IMG/VR virus record: IMGVR_UViG_3300031707_000002 | DNA from: an uncultured virus (IMG/VR IMGVR_UViG_3300031707_000002) | Lineage: Duplodnaviria > Heunggongvirae > Uroviricota > Caudoviricetes | Length of the DNA: 20,000 bases | Direction: 5' to 3' (one strand) | In this document: positions 8,219-14,645 of the stretch, one piece after another | How positions within the stretch are numbered: position 1 is the first letter of the stretch | Layout of the letters: every line of letters starts with the position of its first letter | Translations under genes and position numbers: made by a program | The notes under the pieces: model-generated | The model's database searches: none | Seen by the model: only the letters and a program-made list of their open reading frames with translations | Told to the model about the DNA's origin: nothing

Positions 8219-8971
8219 CTATACCATTCCAGCAATATCCGACAAATACAGCTTCCCACTCTTAGCAAGCAACTCAAGTATCCTCTTTCCTATTACGTTT
8301 CTCAAGGGTGACTTTATAAACTTGAAAGCAACCTTAGTCATCTCTATATCAACCCTCTGCTGCTCTTTACCATCCAATTTCTTACTATTATCTACAATCA
8401 AAAAGTTTTCCCCTCCAAACAACGTCTGAAATCCTCCTATATTTCCCTGAACCTGATTCCATGCCTGTTTTACAAAATCCTCTGGAACACTTCTCTCCCT
8501 TTCTTCATTACGCTCAATAGCTACCTCCAAAGAGGTATTTACAAAAACCATGTATGTATCATACCCTATCCTCTCCATAGTCTCTTTCTGCTTTGTAATC
8601 TTCGCTAAATCCTTACCAGTACCGTCAATCACCAAAGGTAACATACCATTCACCCAATAACCCATACGAGTATCAGTAAGACGCTTCGCAGCCTCCCTTG
8701 CTGACAACTGCTTTGCATGAATCTCTTTGTTTGAAGGGTCTATGTCAAACGGAAGATTCTCTTTTTTCAAGTTTCTCTCAAATACAACATCAGAATTTAC
8801 AAAATTAGCAAATCCAGCAAACATTTTCTTAGAGTAGAAGCTCTTGCCACTGCCCGGTCCCCCCGCCATAAACACACACTTGAACAAGTTCGCATCGTTT
8901 ATGCTCTCTTTAATCTCATTATCCTTAACATCGTCTTCATACATATCTCTAAGAAGAGCTTTTACTGCCAT
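8219..8971 (-). CDS. Zeta-toxin/AAA_33-like P-loop kinase
   Basis: VFMAGGPGSGKS, VNSD, LVIDGTG, lid motif AIERNEERERSVP. Confidence 0.85.
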   Translation of the reverse strand: MAVKALLRDMYEDDVKDNEIKESINDANLFKCVFMAGGPGSGKSFYSKKMFAGFANFVNSDVVFERNLKKENLPFDIDPSNKEIHAKQLSAREAAKRLTDTRMGYWVNGMLPLVIDGTGKDLAKITKQKETMERIGYDTYMVFVNTSLEVAIERNEERERSVPEDFVKQAWNQVQGNIGGFQTLFGGENFLIVDNSKKLDGKEQQRVDIEMTKVAFKFIKSPLRNVIGKRILELLAKSGKLYLSDIAGMV

Positions 8972-8986
8972 AAGTTTCTCCTGTGT

Positions 8987-9187
8987 TTAATTGATTTCTG
9001 AAAGTAACACCTTCATCTTCTCTTGCTTACCCTGCATTAACTTCTCATAACAATCATCACACACCACGTCACACTCCTCTACAGGCTTATCAAATTCTTG
9101 CTTCATCTCGGCAATCGCCTCTTCGTCAGACCACGCTTTTTCAAAAGTACCTCCGCAGACACAACACTTGAAAGTATTGTCAGGCAT
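8987..9187 (-). CDS. Small zinc-ribbon hypothetical protein
   Basis: CCVCG...VCDDC. Confidence 0.75.
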   Translation of the reverse strand: MPDNTFKCCVCGGTFEKAWSDEEAIAEMKQEFDKPVEECDVVCDDCYEKLMQGKQEKMKVLLSEIN

Positions 9188-9189
9188 AA

Positions 9190-9477
9190 TTACTTCTCCA
9201 CTCTTACGCTCAAGTTACCATTACACTTAGGACATTGAACCACAAACTCTCTTGTGTCTGGCTTATCAACATGATTGACGTTATAGATACCAAACTCGAA
9301 GACAAGAACATTCAGGACAATCAAACGTGCGGATATATGAGGATTATGGTCACTTTTGTAAAGATCAATCTGAGATTCAAAGTTTACAAAATTGATCCCA
9401 TCCTTAAACTTACGAATAACATAGAAAAACGCAAGCTCCCAAGCATAGTTCTTAGATATTTTCGTTCCTATGACCAC
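9190..9477 (-). CDS. Hypothetical protein
   Basis: 95-aa ORF, DHNP motif, C-terminal CPKC. Confidence 0.7.
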   Translation of the reverse strand: MVIGTKISKNYAWELAFFYVIRKFKDGINFVNFESQIDLYKSDHNPHISARLIVLNVLVFEFGIYNVNHVDKPDTREFVVQCPKCNGNLSVRVEK

Positions 9478-9503
9478 CGTTCTTTCCTTCCTTATTCTTG
9501 TTC

Positions 9504-9695
9504 TTATCTCTTCATCAACGAATGGTCAAGGCAATATTTCTTCCTTCGTACAACACGAAATTCAGCGGTGCATCCTTCCCACTGACACCGCCTCATAGAA
9601 GTATATCGTCTTTTGCTCTGTATTTTAGTTTCTTCTATGTAATACTTATCTATGTACTGATGTCCTTTACTTACTATCTCATCAATCCTTGACAT
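9504..9695 (-). CDS. Small Cys/His hypothetical protein
   Basis: Likely start MSRIDE at 9695; CQWEGC...YCLDH. Confidence 0.6.
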   Translation of the reverse strand: MSRIDEIVSKGHQYIDKYYIEETKIQSKRRYTSMRRCQWEGCTAEFRVVRRKKYCLDHSLMKR

Positions 9696-9705
9696 GACAC
9701 ACCAC

Positions 9706-9955
9706 TTACTCAAACACCACAAGAAAGCATGTTACATAGCTTTGATCTTCTACTTTTCTCTCTGCTTCCAAACAAGCCTCGCAACGCATTATCCACCCGT
9801 TTATCTGAATCAACTCGGTGTAAGATTTTTCTTCAAAAGGGAAAAGTCGGCACACAGAAACTGTCCAAAAGTCTTAGTCCCAAAAAATTTGCAAAACTTG
9901 TTAGGCTCACTGACGTTAAAGCACCACAATTAAGATCAAACCGTACTTCTATCAT
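9706..9955 (-). pseudogene. Cys-rich phage gene with two frameshifts
   Basis: Three frames join as MIEVRFDLNCGALT / SEPNKFCKFFGTKTFGQF / VCRLFPFEEKSYTELIQINGWIMRCEACLEAE...; shifts near 9912 and 9856. Confidence 0.6.
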
Positions 9956-9965
9956 AGAAATCCCC

Positions 9966-10286
9966 TTACTTTGATCCCACTCTCTGCTTTCCGCACATAG
10001 GACAGAATTTTACACCGTTATCTGTTGCTGTACCTTCAGAAAAACACCACTTATCCCCACACTCCGTATCATAAGAGTCTGTTGTAGAGTCGTATATCCA
10101 ATGACAAGTCTTCTTTGGCTTCGCACACACCTCTCCTTCCACTATGATCTCACCTCTTGGACGAACTGGAGGTGGAGGAGGTGGAGGAGGTGGAGGAGGT
10201 GGAGGAGGTGGAGGAGGTGCCGGAACTTTCTTCATTCGCTCCAATTTCTCTGGTGACGGTAAGGATCGTGGCGCGTTTGTAGTCAT
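9966..10286 (-). CDS. Hypothetical protein with a 17-Pro tract and C-terminal zinc ribbon
   Basis: P17; CHW...DTECG...KFCPMCGK; ATGA overlap with upstream gene. Confidence 0.75.
   Translation of the reverse strand: MTTNAPRSLPSPEKLERMKKVPAPPPPPPPPPPPPPPPPPVRPRGEIIVEGEVCAKPKKTCHWIYDSTTDSYDTECGDKWCFSEGTATDNGVKFCPMCGKQRVGSK
10167..10217. repeat. 9-bp tandem repeat encoding polyproline
   Basis: tggagg followed by (tggaggagg)x5. Confidence 0.97.
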
Positions 10287-10708
10287 TTCTCACCCACTAC
10301 CTTCAACAAATCATCCATTGTCTCTCTGTCAGCAACAACTACAAAAAGACGCAAAAGATGGTCTACAGCATCTTTAAGTTCTACCCACTTAGCTTTGAAC
10401 TTAACATAAAACTTCTCTGGTAACTCATACTCAGAATAGTTAATCTGCTTTTGCATATCAAAAATCTTTGTCTTAACAACAGCTTCAACATCAGAAACAA
10501 GTGAAGGTGAAACTACTAAACGAACTCTTCTATTCCAATACTCTACCGCTTCCTTCTCAGAGTAAACCAACCCACCACACGTAGCTCCACAATCACACTG
10601 CACTCGAAAATCACCAAGATCGTCAAGCTCCTCGTACATCTCAGGAGTACCGCCACAAAAAGGACAAGGCAGTAACCCCTCTACTGGATGGTCTGTCTTA
10701 ACACTCAT
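10283..10708 (-). CDS. Lar-family (restriction alleviation-like) zinc-finger protein
   Basis: LLPCPFCGG...VQCDCGA...EAVEYWNRR; likely start 10708 after AAGGAG. Confidence 0.78.
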   Translation of the reverse strand: MSVKTDHPVEGLLPCPFCGGTPEMYEELDDLGDFRVQCDCGATCGGLVYSEKEAVEYWNRRVRLVVSPSLVSDVEAVVKTKIFDMQKQINYSEYELPEKFYVKFKAKWVELKDAVDHLLRLFVVVADRETMDDLLKVVGEK

Positions 10709-10863
10709 TGAAACTCCTTCCACACATAACCATGATTCTCTGTGTCAGGATCTACCTTCCACTTCTCATGTTCTAACCTACCATCATCCTGGTCTTCATT
10801 CTCTCTTATATCAGGCTCTTTACCTGCCCCATGAAGAAAATTCTCGTCATCCTCGTACCCCAT
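10705..10863 (-). CDS. Small acidic hypothetical protein (52 aa, not in the ORF track)
   Basis: MGYEDDENFLHG...WKEFQ; fills the gap exactly with an ATGA overlap. Confidence 0.55.
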   Translation of the reverse strand: MGYEDDENFLHGAGKEPDIRENEDQDDGRLEHEKWKVDPDTENHGYVWKEFQ

Positions 10864-10866
10864 ATA

Positions 10867-11109
10867 CTACGTTCTTTCTCTCTCAAAGGCACACAAGCAG
10901 TTTACATAAGACACTGAGTTATATCCTTTAGAACGAAATATCGGCCAGAACTTCTTACCATCAAACTCTGTTATCTGTTTTATCTTCTTTGGTATGTGCA
11001 ACTCCCCATACTTTTCACCTTTTGGTATAGGAACACCATTCACCTCACACTGAGTATACCTCACCGCTTTCATGTGCAAATAGCGACGTTCAAACTCCTG
11101 CTTAGGCAT
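10867..11109 (-). CDS. Hypothetical protein
   Basis: 80-aa ORF, GGAGGAG upstream. Confidence 0.6.
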   Translation of the reverse strand: MPKQEFERRYLHMKAVRYTQCEVNGVPIPKGEKYGELHIPKKIKQITEFDGKKFWPIFRSKGYNSVSYVNCLCAFERERT

Positions 11110-11239
11110 CTAACAGCATTCTCCTCCAACGCTCAAGTGCAGCTACGAATTCCTCTTTTTTATCTTTACCTCTTCCACAAGCAACATCTGTCCCGTTAAT
11201 AAAAACCACTCCCCACGGGTCAACGTCAAATAATTCCAT
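11102..11239 (-). CDS. Small hypothetical protein (45 aa, not in the ORF track)
   Basis: MELFDVDPWG...RMLLDA; fills the gap. Confidence 0.5.
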   Translation of the reverse strand: MELFDVDPWGVVFINGTDVACGRGKDKKEEFVAALERWRRMLLDA

Positions 11240-11250
11240 GACTCTCTTAA

Positions 11251-11469
11251 TCAACTTTTCGGGGTCTGTTGGCAATGCTTCAAAGTATGATTATCAAACA
11301 TGTACCAATAATTTCTTTTTAGAGGACTCTTAGCCTTGCTAACCTCACGAATGAAAAACTTTGCCTGCTCAAGACCTTTAATGAAAGAGTCCTGATCAAT
11401 ACCCTTTGGGGCCATATTAGCTTTACACCACTCAATTTCCTTATCTACAGCATCAAGATACTCCTGCAT
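11251..11469 (-). CDS. Hypothetical protein
   Basis: GGAGG RBS; 72 aa. Confidence 0.65.
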   Translation of the reverse strand: MQEYLDAVDKEIEWCKANMAPKGIDQDSFIKGLEQAKFFIREVSKAKSPLKRNYWYMFDNHTLKHCQQTPKS

Positions 11470-11488
11470 ATTCTTCCTCCATTATTTC

Positions 11489-11692
11489 TCAACCTATAGT
11501 GTCAAGCCGTGTTTTGGGCTTTAGCTGTTGTACGAAGTGGCGCAAATTCCGCAGTGTCCGCCACGCCTTATCCAACAGCGTGTACCAATGATAAACTATG
11601 AATGCACGCGGGAATCCTGACCAGAAATGCCACTTACCGCAATACGGATAGTTACAGAACGATTTACTTTCAATAATGAAACCTCTCCACAT
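11489..11692 (-). CDS. Cassette 8 hypothetical protein
   Basis: 67-aa ORF inside cassette 11748-11493; weak RBS. Confidence 0.55.
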   Translation of the reverse strand: MWRGFIIESKSFCNYPYCGKWHFWSGFPRAFIVYHWYTLLDKAWRTLRNLRHFVQQLKPKTRLDTIG

Positions 11693-11742
11693 AAACTTCT
11701 ACTTTCCGGCGCGGCCTATAAATTCAGGCTTTGCGCCATTTT

Positions 11743-11866
11743 GTACAACGTCTACGCAATGGGCGATAGTTTGCCCCTACAATTACACTGGCCTACCACG
11801 ACCACATGTATGCCATCGGTGTCCTCAAAATAATGAGGGCAAATTTCGGCCCTTGCGGTGTTGGGT
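11743..11866 (-). repeat. attC-like site 7
   Basis: ACCCAAC-ACCGCAAGGGCCGAAATTTGCCC...GGGCAAACTATCGCCCATTGCG-TAGAC-GTTGTAC. Confidence 0.82.
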
Positions 11867-11988
11867 GCCGGTTTGTCAACCACCACGCGGTTGGCCGCGC
11901 TCCAACCGATCTCCGCACTCACCATATCTATCTGATAATCACCAGGCCCTTGCGTCTTCCACCACTCACGGAATGTCTTCGCGGCCAT
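11752..11988 (-). CDS. Cassette 7 hypothetical protein
   Basis: GGAGGTG RBS, MAAKTFREWW...; C-terminus encoded by the attC-like site. Confidence 0.7.
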   Translation of the reverse strand: MAAKTFREWWKTQGPGDYQIDMVSAEIGWSAANRVVVDKPAPNTARAEICPHYFEDTDGIHVVVVGQCNCRGKLSPIA

Positions 11989-12015
11989 ATCACCTCCAAA
12001 GTTGACAAACTGGCA

Positions 12016-12141
12016 TCCCAACGTCTTGCGAAACGTGCGCCGTGCTACAGATTATAGTGGCACACCATACACGCTTCGCCGAGCGAATACCGCCCTGCAC
12101 GCTCACCACAGTTCGGACATGGCGCACTTTTGCTGTTGGTT
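12016..12141 (-). repeat. attC-like site 6
   Basis: AACCAAC-AGCAAAAGTGCGCCATG...CACGGCGCACGTTTCGC-AAGAC-GTTGGGA. Confidence 0.82.
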
Positions 12142-12260
12142 GTCTGTTGAGCGAGTACAGCGGTTTTCAGAGTTTGCCATGCTTCATCCGCAAGAACGAC
12201 ATTACCTACATGTATAGCACAATTTTTCTCGATAGCATCAATAGCCTCGATTGGCGTCAT
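12045..12260 (-). CDS. Cassette 6 protein with C-terminal CxxC...CxxC
   Basis: AGGAG RBS; CPNC...CMVC lies in the attC loop. Confidence 0.7.
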   Translation of the reverse strand: MTPIEAIDAIEKNCAIHVGNVVLADEAWQTLKTAVLAQQTTNSKSAPCPNCGERAGRYSLGEACMVCHYNL

Positions 12261-12296
12261 GGCATACTCCTATAATAAATTTTAGAGCGAAATTGC

Positions 12297-12356
12297 AAAC
12301 AACGTTCCGGCAAATTGCCGAAGTGTGCATCACATTTTGGCATTTGCCTGTTGTGT
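12297..12356 (-). repeat. attC-like site 5 (shortest, 60 bp)
   Basis: ACACAAC-AGGCAAATGCCAAAATGTG-ATG-CACACTTCGGCAATTTGCC-GGAAC-GTTGTTT. Confidence 0.85.
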
Positions 12357-12554
12357 GCTGTTTTTTGCGCCACCGCTGCTTTCAGAGGTTGGCGGGGATG
12401 GAACGAGCATCCAATGCGTTATTTTGCAATTATACTCGCAATGGCCAGCAATAAAATCCTGTGCGTGAATAGTCTCGATACTGCCGTTGTCAAAATGAAC
12501 TAATATCGGGCCATCGTAATCCGGGACAACACCTTCACCTTTTTTGTACCACAT
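12330..12554 (-). CDS. Cassette 5 DUF551-like protein
   Basis: AGGAGG RBS before ATG 12554; MWYKK...ITHWMLVPSPP. Confidence 0.72.
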   Translation of the reverse strand: MWYKKGEGVVPDYDGPILVHFDNGSIETIHAQDFIAGHCEYNCKITHWMLVPSPPTSESSGGAKNSTQQANAKM

Positions 12555-12591
12555 AGCCAACCTCCTATAATTTGAAAGCGCAAAAAATTGC

Positions 12592-12724
12592 ATACAACGT
12601 TTTGCTCTATTGCGACGTGCGTGACAACCACTTGTCAACCTTATTACGGTAGCACTCCGAACAACGCGGAGATTTGGTCCGCACAAAAACGCACTCTCCG
12701 CATGGCGTAATAGCGCTGTTGGGT
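12592..12724 (-). repeat. attC-like site 4
   Basis: ACCCAAC-AGCGCTATTACGCCATGCG...CGCACGTCGCAATAGAGC-AAAAC-GTTGTAT. Confidence 0.8.
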
Positions 12725-12864
12725 GCCGTGGAATGAGCATCCGCCAGATAGTGGCCACAGTCGCTGCACAAAGAATAGTTGCTGTCCCGAACTATGCATA
12801 CATCTCGCTTAATGCAATCAAGTTTTTTGTGGCCACCTATAACCTCCAAGCGAATGAATGGCAT
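12607..12864 (-). CDS. Cassette 4 Cys-rich protein (start uncertain)
   Basis: CSDC, CGEC, CSEC; the RBS-linked GTG at 12836 is one base out of frame. Confidence 0.55.
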   Translation of the reverse strand: MPFIRLEVIGGHKKLDCIKRDVCIVRDSNYSLCSDCGHYLADAHSTAPNSAITPCGECVFVRTKSPRCSECYRNKVDKWLSRTSQ

Positions 12865-13002
12865 CCCAACGATCCGCGCTACTGGTTCCGTTGCTCGATC
12901 TCACGCAGAAAATCACAAAACCTCATTTTTTGCGCATCAGACCGAGAAGAAGACAATGCCAGTTTGCGCACGAGAGCAATGGCATCTATAGCGCTGTTGG
13001 GT
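12864..13002 (-). repeat. attC-like site 3
   Basis: ACCCAAC-AGCGCTATAGATGCCATTGCTC...GAGCAACGGAACCAGTAGCGC-GGATC-GTTGGGA. Confidence 0.8.
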
Positions 13003-13103
13003 GCCGTTGTTGACAATTCCTCCGGTTTGGAGGCGCAGCGATCGCACGAACCTGCCGGTATGCCGTGCTGACACCACCCGTTGAGCAATACGCTATCATT
13101 CAT
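12879..13103 (-). CDS. Cassette 3 hypothetical protein
   Basis: GAGGAGG RBS before ATG 13103; CQHGI...CDRC. Confidence 0.68.
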   Translation of the reverse strand: MNDSVLLNGWCQHGIPAGSCDRCASKPEELSTTAPNSAIDAIALVRKLALSSSRSDAQKMRFCDFLREIEQRNQ

Positions 13104-13142
13104 TTTGCGCCTCCTCGGCATATCGACTTGTCAACTATGGCA

Positions 13143-13270
13143 TCCCAACGTCCGAGCAATGTACGCAGTGCTACTGCTTGTGACAAATCGGAACTCCGGT
13201 ACAGCAACAACTTTTGATAGGATACTTGCAGCTCGCATACAGAGAGCATTGCGTACTTGCTTTGTTGGTG
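13143..13270 (-). repeat. attC-like site 2
   Basis: CACCAAC-AAAGCAAGTACGCAATGCT...AGCACTGCGTACATTGCT-CGGAC-GTTGGGA. Confidence 0.83.
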
Positions 13271-13383
13271 GATGTAAATCTTTCCACCATAGCGTTCTGT
13301 GCGGCATTCCAGACGTTGCTATACTTCTCCATATCTCCGCCGCCGCCAACGTTGCTCCACCACTGCTCAAATGTCATTTCCAT
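13171..13383 (-). CDS. Cassette 2 hypothetical protein
   Basis: MEMTFEQWW...VWNAAQ; Cys-rich tail in the attC loop. Confidence 0.65.
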   Translation of the reverse strand: MEMTFEQWWSNVGGGGDMEKYSNVWNAAQNAMVERFTSTNKASTQCSLYASCKYPIKSCCCTGVPICHKQ

Positions 13384-13417
13384 GCCGCACCTACAATTCC
13401 AAAGAAAGGTTTATTTC

Positions 13418-13495
13418 CACCAACGTTTGCGCAACAGCCGAAGCCGCTACGCCCCCTTGCTACGCTTACGCGGTTTTGGCTTTGCGCTGTTGTTT
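13418..13495 (-). repeat. attC-like site 1
   Basis: AAACAAC-AGCGCAAAGCCAAAACCGC...GCGGCTTCGGCTGTTGCGC-AAAC-GTTGGTG. Confidence 0.85.
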
Positions 13496-13710
13496 GTTGT
13501 TGCCGTGCGCTCAACTGCTTTCTGCGCGGCGGCGATTTCGCTACGTAACGATTCAATAGCTTTGTCAACGCCGTGACCAAGGTTGTCCTTTAACATACTG
13601 TCGAAAAGCATAGAATACACTTGGTCGGTGATAATGTTTTCGGCGTTGACATAAGGATATCCAAACTCACGCATATTGCGGATAGCCGCAGAAATCAATT
13701 TATCTCGCAT
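13447..13710 (-). CDS. Cassette 1 hypothetical protein
   Basis: AAGGA RBS before ATG 13710; MRDKLISAAIRNMREFGYP. Confidence 0.72.
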   Translation of the reverse strand: MRDKLISAAIRNMREFGYPYVNAENIITDQVYSMLFDSMLKDNLGHGVDKAIESLRSEIAAAQKAVERTATTNNSAKPKPRKRSKGA

Positions 13711-13761
13711 ACATTCCTTTCCGCCGCGCCTATAATATGGTCGCACGGCAATTGCAAACAA

Positions 13762-14049
13762 CTACCTCAATAACGCACTCTCAAACCGTAGACATTTCTC
13801 TTTTTCTCTCCTTAATTCCTTTACTTCCCGAAACTTACTTGCATTATCAACCTCTAACCAAGTAACCCTCTGTTGTAACCTGTCAATCTCTTTTCTTAAC
13901 CAAGCAACCGCATCCGAAGTACCATTACGCTTATTATCCTTACTCTCACTCTCATTCTCACTTGTAAGTCTTTTTGCAATTCCGAGTAACCAAGTGTTAT
14001 CCCTGAGATACACACGCGAATTTACAACAACATCAATGCCCCGCACCAC
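13762..14049 (-). CDS. Hypothetical coiled-coil protein
   Basis: 95 aa; its TAG supplies the G of the first cassette's GTT. Confidence 0.62.
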   Translation of the reverse strand: MVRGIDVVVNSRVYLRDNTWLLGIAKRLTSENESESKDNKRNGTSDAVAWLRKEIDRLQQRVTWLEVDNASKFREVKELRREKEKCLRFESALLR

Positions 14050-14251
14050 AAACCTCTTTCAATTCAACTCTCTTATTCCATTGCGTCAAGGCAGGATAAT
14101 GCATAACAACCCCACATCCACTACACTTCACAACCTGCTCATTCCCTACATCATTCTGTATCGACTCCCAATCTATATACGCTTTCCCGCCACAAAAAGG
14201 ACATGGAAGTAACTTCTTCTTGTCTCTATCGTTAATTAAACCTTCCCACAT
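14033..14251 (-). CDS. Second Lar-family zinc-finger protein
   Basis: LLPCPFCGGKA...VKCSGCG...QWNKRV; GAGG RBS before ATG 14251. Confidence 0.78.
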   Translation of the reverse strand: MWEGLINDRDKKKLLPCPFCGGKAYIDWESIQNDVGNEQVVKCSGCGVVMHYPALTQWNKRVELKEVCGAGH

Positions 14252-14273
14252 TTCAACCTCACAAAATAAAACA

Positions 14274-14456
14274 CTACCCACCATAATGACAATGATGACA
14301 GCAGTACCCGTTCTTTACAAGATGGTCACACTTAGGACACCTGTGGGTCACTACCCAAACTCTATAGTCAGCATTATCCCTAAGAAGCTGATCAACCTGA
14401 AGTTCAAGACTCTCAATTCTGGTATCCTTTGACTGTCCCGGCAAACACTCAGCCAT
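14274..14456 (-). CDS. Small coiled-coil / zinc-ribbon protein
   Basis: CPKC...CCHHC. Confidence 0.65.
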   Translation of the reverse strand: MAECLPGQSKDTRIESLELQVDQLLRDNADYRVWVVTHRCPKCDHLVKNGYCCHHCHYGG

Positions 14457-14461
14457 ACCTA

Positions 14462-14635
14462 TCAGCCTTTTATCTTACTTTTAGATAAATACTCAGCTAC
14501 TTCACGCCTTTCAGCCTCAAACTCTTCTCGCTCACTCAAATCAAAAACCTTGATCCCGTCCCGCGTCATTATTCTATACCCCTGACCAGCAGGACAAGAC
14601 ACGTCCTCCCAACCTATTTTACGTTTTTCAATCAT
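14462..14635 (-). CDS. Small hypothetical protein (57 aa, not in the ORF track)
   Basis: MIEKRKIGWEDVSCPAGQGY...; fills the gap. Confidence 0.55.
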   Translation of the reverse strand: MIEKRKIGWEDVSCPAGQGYRIMTRDGIKVFDLSEREEFEAERREVAEYLSKSKIKG

Positions 14636-14645
14636 ACTTTATACA

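Larger units (their letters stand above)
11491..13762 (-). mobile_element. Integron-like array of eight gene cassettes with non-canonical attC-like sites; no integrase in the window (CALIN-like)
   Basis: Seven complete CAAC-A...C-GTT palindromes, an orphan GTT start at 13762 and a degenerate last site; each cassette's ends are mutually complementary; one small ORF per cassette. Confidence 0.8.

Noticed and set aside
8219..8971. Epsilon/Zeta toxin-antitoxin pair
   Set aside because: No recognisable antitoxin; stand-alone P-loop kinases of this type are common in large phages.
9833..9835. TGA read-through or alternative genetic code
   Set aside because: TGA, TAG and TAA all end well-packed genes elsewhere (several ATGA overlaps), there is no suppressor tRNA, and the frameshift reading gives a more coherent protein.
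10144..10377. Poly-glycine ORF on the + strand
   Set aside because: Antisense shadow of the poly-Pro gene, which has a coupled start and a recognisable zinc ribbon.
11491..13762. CRISPR array or rho-independent terminators as the explanation for the periodic repeats
   Set aside because: Units are not identical direct repeats, spacing is ~280 bp with an ORF in each unit, there are no U-tracts after the hairpins, and the AAC/GTT cores with cassette-end complementarity are not explained by either.
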